Source of the DNA: a virus
IMG/VR virus record: IMGVR_UViG_3300019890_000003
Location: 13,682 to 77,681 of that record
Direction: 5' to 3' (one strand)
DNA length: 64,000 nt
This document shows positions 1-8,349 of this stretch, piece after piece (the first letter of the stretch is position 1; every line of letters starts with the position of its first letter). Position numbers and translations under genes: made by a program. Under the pieces are notes generated by a model, which did not search any database, was not told where the DNA came from, and saw only the letters and a program-made list of their open reading frames with translations.

Positions 1-3000
1 CAGCAATCCTAATAACCGCATCTTTATCGGCGCAAAGAACAATGATGTTGGTTTCGGTGCGGGTGCATTCAGTGTTGTCTATATATGATAGCGGATCGAA
101 TCTTACGGTTATAAACGGATTGAAGAATGGAACGCCGGTTACTGGAATAGGATAAAACGGAACGCGCTGCGGAACAATGAACCTGTCCCGATAGCGGCTA
201 TCGGCGAACGGCGCTCCGAGTAGAGATTGAACCTTCCCTTGGATTACCGTCGGTAGGAATGAGCTTGCCGGGTATTTTGTTGTGTCGCGATAGCTTTTAT
301 CGGCGAACGGAACGCCGAGCGCCCGCTGAACCGGCGGCTGAATAAGCCGTGGCAGGAACGGGTGCGGCGGATATTCAGAGGTATCCCGATATTTCCCGTC
401 GCTGAACGGAACACCGAGTTGGGACTGAACCTTGCCCTGGATTACGCCAGGGAGGAACGCATTCTTTAGACCGGCGGCAGTATCGAAATAGCCCTTGACG
501 TCGAACTTGACAACCGGGAATGGATTGAAGAACGGCGTCTGAACCACCGCTGGCGCAGGGAATAGACCCTGGTTGAGCGGATAGACGTAGCTGTCGCGGT
601 ACGCTTTGGCATTGAACAGTACGACATTCTCAATGAGATTTAAGAACGTCGAGGCCGGCGTTTGAATTATGGATGGAAGAAACGCATTATCGCCGACGTT
701 GGTCGGATCGCGAAATGCGAGTGCGTTAAACGGTGCGCCAAGCAGCGACTGGACCAACGGGAACGTTGTTGGTGGCGGATAGAGTTCGGTGTTCCTCGGA
801 TAGACGTATGTGTCCCGATACGTAGCCGAGTTAAACGGGGCGGCGTTCTCGACGAAATTCAGGAACGTCGATGTTGGCGTCTGAATGATATTCGGAAGGA
901 ATGCGTTGTCGCCGAAGTTAGCTAGATCACGGTATCCTAGCGCGTTAAACGGCGCCCCTAGATAAGCCTGAACCTTTCCTTGGATTGTAAACGGAAGGAA
1001 TGCGTTGGAGTCGAAACCCCTATCACGGTAGCTCTGCGTGCTGAAGACTGCCGGAAGAGCTTGCCCAAAGAACGGCGAGAAGACAACAGCCTGATATAAA
1101 TTATCGTTTACAGAGGTGGCGGACGAATCTCTGTAGCTTAAGGTATTGAATGGTATGGGCGGCGGTGGCGGTCCAATTAACGCGCCAACTGGCTCGCCAA
1201 TCGACGGTAAGAATGTAGCGTAAAGACTTCTGGATTCGTTTGCAACAAACGTCGGCGATAGATACGGATTTGGGAGCGCGAGATCGCCTCCCGCGTCATT
1301 GTAGACAGTTTCTGAGCTTGGATCAGCCCGAACAGTATCCGAATTAACTACGCTGAGGTACGCAAGCCAAACAACCTGCCCCGCGACAAACAACGGATTC
1401 GCGGTCGTGTTGATTGTATTCCAGGCGTCGTGGCTAGGGCCTCCTGTTGCCTGCGCTAGAAGACTGCCCGGCTTACCGGCTACGTCGGAATAAACAGCCA
1501 GGGATAGGGTTGAATTGCGGCCGGTTGAACAATTAACCGATATAGACTCGATTGTCCCAGAATTCGGCACGATATACGGGCCGTTCGCTACCGTAACCCC
1601 GACCAGGTTGTAAAGGGAACCTATTGAGGTAGTAGTATACCCTAGCTCAAACCCACGCGGCAAAAACGCGTTGAAGGTCTGATAGCCTAGCGGGTCGCGA
1701 TAGCTGACGTTATTGAACGGAACGGACGCAATCGGATTGAAGAACGGCGAGACAGTTGCTACCGGGAATAGACTCGGGTTCTCGCCACCGAGCGAATAAT
1801 CCCGATAATTTAGGCCGTTGAACGAAACTCCTAATAAGGACTGTACCGGATTCTGAATTGTGGCCGGCAAGAACGCATTAGCGTCAAACAGGCTATCTCG
1901 GTAGTTCAGCCCATTGAACGGCGCGCCAAGTTGAGATTGAATCTCTCCTTGAATAATGCTCGGCAGAAATGCGTTCGGGCTCGGATCAAAATTAGCCGGA
2001 TCACGATAGTTCAGGCCGCTAAACGGAAGAGGCGGCAGCGGGCTGAAGAATGGCGAACCTACTGGAGCCGGGAAGAGGCTTGGATTCCTAGTCCAAGTCG
2101 AAGAATCTCGATAGCTAAGGCTGTTGAACGGAACTCCCAGCAACGATTGCGCTGGGTTCTGGATCGTCTGCGGCAGGAACGCATTGGGACTTGGATCGAA
2201 ATTAGCTGGGTCGCGATAGCTCAGGCTGTTGAACGGCGCGCCGAGCAACGGCAGAATCGGGAATTGCAGTACCCGAGGAAGAAACGCGCTCCCATCAAAG
2301 AAACTGTCGCGGTAGTTAAGCCCGTTGAATGGTCCGCCGGTAAGGGACTGAATCTCTCCCTGAATGATGGACGGAAGAAATGCGTTGAATGTCTCATAAC
2401 CAAGCGTGTCGAGATACGTCTTGGCGTCGAACTTGGAAACATTCTCAATGAAATTGAGGAATGTCTCGACCGGCGTTTGTATGACGCTCGGCAGAAACGC
2501 GTTTTCGCCGAAATTGCTCGGATCGGCGTATTTCTGCGAACTAAACTGTGCCGCCGTCGCCGGATTGAAAAACGGCGTCGCAGCCGGCGGTGTGCTATAA
2601 AGGCTTAGATTTACCGGCGGTATGAAATAGTCGCGATAGCCAGCGCCGCCAGTGTAGCCAGCGACGTTTAAATCGGCGCTTTCTACGGCCGTCCCGCCAC
2701 CGGCTGGCACATACGTGATAACGATAAGGCCTGCGCCGCCGACGCCACCGGTGCCTGCTGTCGATGATGACCAACCACCGCCACCGCCGCCACCGCCATA
2801 AAGGCCGCCAGCTCCGCCATTACCAGCAGCGCTAGTGTCTGGGCTATTGCGCCCGCCACCGCCGCCACCGCCTCCACCAGAGCCTTTGGTGCCGTCTCCG
2901 ACGTCTAGGCCATTGCCACCCGCACCGCCGTTGCCAGCGACCGCTGCGCCATTGGTCGAGCCACCACCACCGCCACCAGATCCATTCGATCCTGTGCCGC

Positions 3001-3643
3001 CATTTACACCGGCACCGCCTCCTGAGCCGCCCGCCGTCGAGTCAACCGCCGCGCCACCTGGAGCCCCAGTGAACTGATCTACAAGCGGCGTGCCGCCTGT
3101 AGAGCCGCCGCCATTACCGCCGCCGCCGCCGCCGCCATTCTGGCTGAAGCCTGTACTCGCCCCTGAACTGCCGCCAGCCTTCCCAGCGCCGCCGGGGCCG
3201 CCAGCACCACCACCTGCCGATGCGCCGTTAACAGTGTTAGCTTCCGCGCCGCCGTTACCGCCATTGACGGCCGTGCCGATCGAGCCGGATGCAAGGCCGC
3301 CTGGGCCGAATGTCGCCCCAGTAGCGCCGCCGCCCGCTTTCGCGCCGCAGCTCGAGCCGCCGAGAGTCGTGCCGTTAAACCAAGTGTCGCCGCCAGTGGT
3401 GCCGATAGCGCCGCCGACGCCGACCGTATAAGTGGCCGTGCCACCAGGCGTTAGGTTGACATTGGCGATCTTGGAATATGCGCCACCACCGCCGCCAGCA
3501 CCTGTGGTATTGGTGCCTACAACACCGCTAGCCCCGCCGCCTCCAGCACCGACCGTCTCAACGCTATTGTTTAAAATATTGAAATCGGTCGGAACATTGA
3601 ATGTCGCGAGCGAGCCCGACGTCAGATAAATGACTACCGCCAT
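1..3643 (-). CDS. Large repeat protein (>1214 aa, 3' end outside window): Gly-rich domain, ~21 F-x4-YRD repeats, inserted beta-sandwich domain; putative fibre scaffold
   Basis: Hand translation from ATG 3643 (MAVVIYLTSGSLATFNVP...). Frame stays open to position 2 (...IIVLCADKDAVIRIA), which is why the ORF track omits it. Gly-rich part ends GGVGGAGLIVITY near 2710. Confidence 0.9.
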   Translation of the reverse strand, partial: MAVVIYLTSGSLATFNVPTDFNILNNSVETVGAGGGGASGVVGTNTTGAGGGGGAYSKIANVNLTPGGTATYTVGVGGAIGTTGGDTWFNGTTLGGSSCGAKAGGGATGATFGPGGLASGSIGTAVNGGNGGAEANTVNGASAGGGAGGPGGAGKAGGSSGASTGFSQNGGGGGGGNGGGSTGGTPLVDQFTGAPGGAAVDSTAGGSGGGAGVNGGTGSNGSGGGGGGSTNGAAVAGNGGAGGNGLDVGDGTKGSGGGGGGGGGRNSPDTSAAGNGGAGGLYGGGGGGGGWSSSTAGTGGVGGAGLIVITYVPAGGGTAVESADLNVAGYTGGAGYRDYFIPPVNLSLYSTPPAATPFFNPATAAQFSSQKYADPSNFGENAFLPSVIQTPVETFLNFIENVSKFDAKTYLDTLGYETFNAFLPSIIQGEIQSLTGGPFNGLNYRDSFFDGSAFLPRVLQFPILPLLGAPFNSLSYRDPANFDPSPNAFLPQTIQNPAQSLLGVPFNSLSYRDSSTWTRNPSLFPAPVGSPFFSPLPPLPFSGLNYRDPANFDPSPNAFLPSIIQGEIQSQLGAPFNGLNYRDSLFDANAFLPATIQNPVQSLLGVSFNGLNYRDYSLGGENPSLFPVATVSPFFNPIASVPFNNVSYRDPLGYQTFNAFLPRGFELGYTTTSIGSLYNLVGVTVANGPYIVPNSGTIESISVNCSTGRNSTLSLAVYSDVAGKPGSLLAQATGGPSHDAWNTINTTANPLFVAGQVVWLAYLSVVNSDTVRADPSSETVYNDAGGDLALPNPYLSPTFVANESRSLYATFLPSIGEPVGALIGPPPPPIPFNTLSYRDSSATSVNDNLYQAVVFSPFFGQALPAVFSTQSYRDRGFDSNAFLPFTIQGKVQAYLGAPFNALGYRDLANFGDNAFLPNIIQTPTSTFLNFVENAAPFNSATYRDTYVYPRNTELYPPPTTFPLVQSLLGAPFNALAFRDPTNVGDNAFLPSIIQTPASTFLNLIENVVLFNAKAYRDSYVYPLNQGLFPAPAVVQTPFFNPFPVVKFDVKGYFDTAAGLKNAFLPGVIQGKVQSQLGVPFSDGKYRDTSEYPPHPFLPRLIQPPVQRALGVPFADKSYRDTTKYPASSFLPTVIQGKVQSLLGAPFADSRYRDRFIVPQRVPFYPIPVTGVPFFNPFITVRFDPLSYIDNTECTRTETNIIVLCADKDAVIRIA
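80..2650 (-). repeat. Coding tandem repeat of ~32-36 aa, consensus PFNxLxYRDxxxxxxNAFLPxxIQxxVQSxLGA
   Basis: 10 units at ~2650-1660 and 11 units at ~1160-80, separated by a non-repeat domain. Conserved at protein level, degenerate at DNA level. Confidence 0.9.
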
Positions 3644-3691
3644 GGCGACCCTAATGGTATGTCGCCTTAGGCGTCGTATGTTAGCCGCTGG

Positions 3692-4204
3692 CTATGGTAG
3701 CACCTTCAATATCCACGTATTGATAAACGGCGTAATTCCAGGAGGAGGAGATAGGATCGCATTGTTGTAATCGGCACTGTCACGGTAACTCATACTGTTA
3801 AACGGCGCCCCGAGTTGCGACTGCACTTTCCCCTGAATTAGCTTCGGCAGGAACGCGCTACCGTCAAAGAAGCTATCACGATACGTGAACGCATTGAATG
3901 GCGCCGGAATAAACGGATTAGAAAATGGCGCCAGCGTGGCGCCAAGGTATTGAATTACGCCGATCGCATCCGCGAGTTCCATCGCGGTTGTGGGTAGAGT
4001 CGGCAAAAGGCCGTTGTCGCTCCAGCTATTTCTATCCTGGTAGCTTAAACTCTGAAACGGAATTATGGGGGTTAGACCAAAAAACGGTTTCGCAGCAGCG
4101 GCCGGAGGATATAAGCTTTTGTTTAGCGGGAGATCCGCAGGATCGAGATAATTATGGCCATCAAACTTCGGCGGTCTGTTAAGAGATGTGCCGTATCGCG
4201 CCAT
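3692..4204 (-). CDS. Short YRD-repeat protein (4 units)
   Basis: FDGHNYLD, FQSLSYQD, FNAFTYRDSFFDGSAFLPKLIQGKVQSQLGAP, FNSMSYRD: same repeat as 1..3643. Confidence 0.85.
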   Translation of the reverse strand: MARYGTSLNRPPKFDGHNYLDPADLPLNKSLYPPAAAAKPFFGLTPIIPFQSLSYQDRNSWSDNGLLPTLPTTAMELADAIGVIQYLGATLAPFSNPFIPAPFNAFTYRDSFFDGSAFLPKLIQGKVQSQLGAPFNSMSYRDSADYNNAILSPPPGITPFINTWILKVLP

Positions 4205-4228
4205 GAAGCCGGACCTCTCGGCTTATCC

Positions 4229-5044
4229 CTACAGCCATGCGTTTACGAATGGGTCCACAGCAGCCGGTGGAAGAAACGTCTGCAGATCGAACGCAGGTGA
4301 TGCGAAGATGCCGTACGGATCAGACTCCAGAAGCACAGCGTCTTGTTGGGTAAGCGCATGATCCCAAAAATAGATCGCCATCATCGCCGTGTCTGGCATG
4401 GCCTGGATCTCTAATGCGGCGGTTGATTGCGTACCGGCACCAGCAGAAACCCCCGTCGACGTCAGATATGATGCAGCATCCACCCAGACATTGCTGGTCA
4501 GTGGATTAATCTTAAGGGAGGCCAAAACACCATGAATTCCATTGCTTACTGCTGCGCCAGGACCGACAGTGGAGAACGCACCATAATAAAGGCAATGTAG
4601 GTTGCTGTTAGCTGAAGACGTGAGCGGCCCGAAGCCGATGGGGCTAGCAGTGTTCGCGGCGTCACGCACGAACATCATGCCGTTGGCGCTGGCAGTCGAG
4701 ACGCCTATCTGGCGATAACGTATATAGAACGATATTTGTGGGGTCCACGCCACGATGCGCGGTGAGAGCGCGCCAGCCGCCGTGCATAAGCCATACCCGG
4801 TGTTAACCGCAGTACCAATTACCGGCCCTTCCTGAGTGACAGCCGGTATCCCTGTGCAGGCGGCACCAGCATTTTGAACATCTACATAGAGAAAAGGCTT
4901 ATTGATGCCGGTATAATCCACCCAGGATATCCCAGGAAGATATGCACCAATCAGTCCATCCGCCAGCGGGTGAGTCCGGTTAATCGAAAGACTCGCCGGA
5001 CGCGGAACCTGTTTCAGGCGTTGTCGCAACAGCTTGATAGGCAT
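4229..5044 (-). CDS. LamG/concanavalin-A-like domain protein
   Basis: HPLADGLIGAYL start, VWVDA strand and IYFWDHALTQQDAVLLESDPY end resemble phage LamG-like proteins. No signal peptide. Confidence 0.6.
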   Translation of the reverse strand: MPIKLLRQRLKQVPRPASLSINRTHPLADGLIGAYLPGISWVDYTGINKPFLYVDVQNAGAACTGIPAVTQEGPVIGTAVNTGYGLCTAAGALSPRIVAWTPQISFYIRYRQIGVSTASANGMMFVRDAANTASPIGFGPLTSSANSNLHCLYYGAFSTVGPGAAVSNGIHGVLASLKINPLTSNVWVDAASYLTSTGVSAGAGTQSTAALEIQAMPDTAMMAIYFWDHALTQQDAVLLESDPYGIFASPAFDLQTFLPPAAVDPFVNAWL

Positions 5045-5051
5045 ATGCGCG

Positions 5052-5528
5052 CTATGTCATGCTTATGTTGTAGGTGCGATAGCTAGATGTATTGCCTGAC
5101 GCCGGCGTCGAGTTAGTACCTGTCCCGTTGAAAATAACAAACTTAAAAGAGCCAGGCGGTATGACAATTTGAGTTAGAGAGCCATTTGTCGCTGTCGTGG
5201 TCACTACTGGTAAAGCGATACTACCGACCGAATAGTTAGAGGCTGGCGGCCCGGCCGCAGCCGTGGCGAACCGGCCATCACCATATGTCGAGCCATCTTG
5301 GTTAAGCGGGTAGAGATAAACCCCCAAGAAGGGCGCACCAGTTGTCGTCATCGCCGCAATATGAACAGAGAAATCGCAGAACATATCAAGTGCCGTGCCG
5401 TTGGTGATGACGACAGAGCTAGCTATGGCGTCATTAATCGGAAGCGCCGTGGTAGTGAATTCCGTTCCGAACGCCGCCGTCCACGTTAGGCCTACGCCAC
5501 TGCCAGCGATCCAGTGTGAAGCTGTCAT
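5052..5528 (-). CDS. Small beta-rich putative virion structural protein
   Basis: 158 aa, Thr/Ala/Gly-rich, in operon. Confidence 0.6.
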   Translation of the reverse strand: MTASHWIAGSGVGLTWTAAFGTEFTTTALPINDAIASSVVITNGTALDMFCDFSVHIAAMTTTGAPFLGVYLYPLNQDGSTYGDGRFATAAAGPPASNYSVGSIALPVVTTTATNGSLTQIVIPPGSFKFVIFNGTGTNSTPASGNTSSYRTYNISMT

Positions 5529-5636
5529 TTTCTTTCTAGCCTGCTATTCCACGTTGACGAACGGGTTGTTTGACGGCGCGAAATCAGTGGTGAATGCCGC
5601 GCTTGCTCCCAACCAGCTAATAGAGGCAGAAGTGCA

Positions 5637-6683
5637 TCATGGCGGGCCATAGAAGCTAACACTGCTTGCTTGGATGGCATTGTCGATAGCGTCAGCCGTT
5701 TGCGACGCTACGATGTAGCCCTCATAAAAGGCGCCTGGAGAAGCATTACTTCCATCGCCGCCCTGCATCATAGCGATCCCCCCTTCAAGAAGCAGCGGGG
5801 TATGATCGCCTGGCAAAGCCACATTGTTATTCCAGGTTATTAAAGCCCCGGTTTGCGCATGTCCAGTTTTTCCTGTCCATACGGTTGCCCCATCTGTCTT
5901 CGCAATACCATTTTCGATAGTCGCACCCGCATAGCCGGTGCCAGACAAAAATAGGCCGCCATTCTCGATATCAATCGACTGCAATGGATTTGGATTTCCC
6001 CCCAGACCCAAGGCGAACATGTGACCGTTGCCGTTATCGGAATAAGTACTCTCGCCCTCGCCAAAATCAAAGCAGCAGTTGTTGACCGAAAAGGTGCCGT
6101 TAATCGTCCAATATTCCGTCACAGGAACGCTAGCACCAGTGACTGGTGTGCCTGGCATTCCGCCATTGTTTGGATCGCCATTCCGTGTCCCAGTGCTATA
6201 ACCAACCGCTGGCCGCTGAGGTCCATCTAATGTGCCGTTAAGCTCCTTCTCGGCATTGAAAACTATTTTGCCATTGGTAAGAACAATCCTGCGAACAAGC
6301 GCAGAGCTTCCTGTCGCTCCAAACCCAGTATTGGCAATAAAATCGAGATGGCTAGGCCCTTGGTCATAGAGCTTGGACATAAAGCAGGTTGTAGACGTGC
6401 AGAACGTGTCATAAGCCGCGTGATCTACGATGCCGTTGATCATGCCAATATCGAGAGTCGTGCTATCACTAGCCCGCACCGCTTGAAACAACTTACCGGT
6501 GTAGCTGTGGCTAAGAGCACGATTCAACGAATAAGCCACCACCGCCGGCTTGTTCGCCAAAGCCAGAATATCCATCGGCCACTTGTTTGTTTTGCTACCA
6601 TACTGATGAGTCATAATCGTAGCATGCGCGCCAACGCCAAGAATGCAGACTAGCAATATTAGAAGAAGGCTTCGCAGCTTCAT
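5637..6683 (-). CDS. Signal-peptide GH54 (alpha-L-arabinofuranosidase B catalytic-domain-like) protein
   Basis: YSLNRAL, KLYDQ, NNCCFDFGEGE, GHM, DIENG and EGGIAMMQGGDGSNASPGAFYEG match GH54 motifs. Leader MKLRSLLLILLVCILGVGAHA. Confidence 0.8.
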   Translation of the reverse strand: MKLRSLLLILLVCILGVGAHATIMTHQYGSKTNKWPMDILALANKPAVVAYSLNRALSHSYTGKLFQAVRASDSTTLDIGMINGIVDHAAYDTFCTSTTCFMSKLYDQGPSHLDFIANTGFGATGSSALVRRIVLTNGKIVFNAEKELNGTLDGPQRPAVGYSTGTRNGDPNNGGMPGTPVTGASVPVTEYWTINGTFSVNNCCFDFGEGESTYSDNGNGHMFALGLGGNPNPLQSIDIENGGLFLSGTGYAGATIENGIAKTDGATVWTGKTGHAQTGALITWNNNVALPGDHTPLLLEGGIAMMQGGDGSNASPGAFYEGYIVASQTADAIDNAIQASSVSFYGPP

Positions 6684-7270
6684 AGGATTGTTGCTGCTTC
6701 AAGCGTCATATCTGAGGTAGAGCCTGGGGTATTGGTCGAGGCAGCCTTCCCTATGATGACCGCAAAAAGCGATCCTGACGCCCCAGAAATCGCTTTACCG
6801 ATATTGTCAAGATTATAGATCGTCATCGTGCCAAAATCGCTATTCGCCACCGCCAGAGGATAAATTCCAAGCAAATTGGCCATATCGGCGCCATTCCATG
6901 TTGGAGCGGCATGATCAGCATATGTGCCATTTGATGGGGAAGCCTTGAAGATGGCTACGTCGAATTGAAGCGTTTGAATGCTGGCCTTAAATTTCAAGGT
7001 CAGACTGATCAATTCTCCGTCGAATGTCGTCGCGTTCAGGATATTGGCGATCGTAATAATGCCGCCCCATACAAAGCCGGAGGTATACGAGCTGGCTGTA
7101 ATAGTGGGGGTGACGGACACATCCATGATCTGGCCAACCACAGGAACTTGTGCTTGGTCAGAAGCGATAACTACGGGGTGACTATTGGCACTTGTATTTG
7201 ATCCGCTATTTTGAAGTGTGTTGATCGTTTGCCCTGAACCGGGCGTGACGGTGACTGTTGGCAACGCCAT
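6680..7270 (-). CDS. Beta-rich putative structural protein
   Basis: 196 aa; SANSHPVVIASDQ fibre-like motif; ATGA overlap with the GH54 start. Confidence 0.6.
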   Translation of the reverse strand: MALPTVTVTPGSGQTINTLQNSGSNTSANSHPVVIASDQAQVPVVGQIMDVSVTPTITASSYTSGFVWGGIITIANILNATTFDGELISLTLKFKASIQTLQFDVAIFKASPSNGTYADHAAPTWNGADMANLLGIYPLAVANSDFGTMTIYNLDNIGKAISGASGSLFAVIIGKAASTNTPGSTSDMTLEAATIL

Positions 7271-7304
7271 GTTATATCACCGTCACCGCTAGCCACATCA
7301 TCCG

Positions 7305-7820
7305 TCAGATCGTCTCGTAAACGATATGTCCACCGATAAGGCCTGCTGTACTGCCGGTGAACCCTGATAGAGATGCGTCTCCATTCGGCCCGGTAACGCC
7401 GACAAGTTTGAAGTACTCACCTGGATCCATTGCCGTCCAGCGCACGATGCCACCAAACGCATTGAAGGTAAGATTCAACCTGCCAAGCGTCACGACGTTA
7501 GACCTGGTTGGCTGCGTCGTTGCCGCAATATATCCTACAGCCGGCAACGCTAGTGCAGCGGCTGCTGGATCCATAGGACCATTCGATGACGTACCCGCAG
7601 CCAGAGCGGTAGGCGTGGCGCCAGCGGTCGAATCGCGCGACAAAACCATATACTGCGGCGCAGACGAAGTGGCTTGGCCGCCCATGTACACTTCGCTGAT
7701 GTCGTTACGCTGAGTGGCAGAGCCGCCACCAAGAGCCATATATGTACCGGTCGTTAGAACCGCGTTGTCGGCTGTCGCGGCAGTCGTGAAGCTGTTGGTG
7801 GAAAACGAATACTTGGTCAT
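7305..7820 (-). CDS. Small beta-rich putative structural subunit
   Basis: 171 aa, Ala/Thr/Gly-rich, no Cys, AAGGGG RBS-like sequence upstream. Confidence 0.65.
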   Translation of the reverse strand: MTKYSFSTNSFTTAATADNAVLTTGTYMALGGGSATQRNDISEVYMGGQATSSAPQYMVLSRDSTAGATPTALAAGTSSNGPMDPAAAALALPAVGYIAATTQPTRSNVVTLGRLNLTFNAFGGIVRWTAMDPGEYFKLVGVTGPNGDASLSGFTGSTAGLIGGHIVYETI

Positions 7821-7826
7821 AGCCCC

Positions 7827-8192
7827 TTATCCTTTTAGAAGCGGTGAGACAGACGTTAAGTTCGGGAGCGGGTTATATCCCGCCTCTTTTCTGAACGCCT
7901 GCTCTTGAAGGTGATCAAGCGTCTTAACAAAGGGAGTACATTCAGCGTGGCATGAAGGCTTGTCGCAGATGAACCGATCGCACTTCCGGCAATGGCCACG
8001 GGCTCGAACCCTGTACGGATTCATAATCACGACATCGTCGCAATGAGCGCAGGTTTGTGTAGGCGCCTCTAACACCTTGCCCTCTGGCACCGCCATGGTT
8101 GGATCGAGGCCAACGGCGAATAGCTCATCAGCGGTTATCCCTGGACTCGCGCGGTGATCGACGAGCAGGTGTCCTTCTTTTCTGCGCATCAT
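7827..8192 (-). CDS. Cys-rich putative Zn-binding protein
   Basis: CAHC...CRKCDRFICDKPSCHAEC. Confidence 0.65.
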   Translation of the reverse strand: MMRRKEGHLLVDHRASPGITADELFAVGLDPTMAVPEGKVLEAPTQTCAHCDDVVIMNPYRVRARGHCRKCDRFICDKPSCHAECTPFVKTLDHLQEQAFRKEAGYNPLPNLTSVSPLLKG

Positions 8193-8220
8193 TTCGCCAA
8201 ACCGTCACAGAGTGGTGATT

Positions 8221-8348
8221 AAAAAAGGTTGCCGATCGCAAATTTACCGACGAGGCGGATGGCGACTTAATCAGGCCGTTACTGGACGCAGGCGTTGCGG
8301 CGCCTTGCCCATACCTGAGGGGTACCAACCCGAAAATGCGATCGGCAA
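8221..8348 (-). other. 12-bp inverted repeat enclosing ~96 nt, followed by T6 on the minus strand (structured RNA or terminator candidate)
   Basis: TTGCCGATCGCA 8229-8240 / TGCGATCGGCAA 8337-8348; A6 at 8221-8226. Confidence 0.5.
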
Positions 8349-8349
8349 T

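Noticed and set aside
80-2650. ~100-bp periodic repeats as a CRISPR array or DGR template/variable repeats
   Set aside because: Conservation is at amino-acid level in one open frame. There are no identical DNA repeats with spacers, and no cas or reverse transcriptase gene in the window.
662-3629. Arg-rich and Pro-rich plus-strand ORFs (662-925, 1931-2608, 2835-3629)
   Set aside because: Antisense shadows of the minus-strand repeat and Gly-rich gene.
5637-5639. Genome-wide stop-codon reassignment
   Set aside because: TGA, TAG and TAA all end well-formed genes, many in ATGA overlaps, and the long genes are intact in the standard code.
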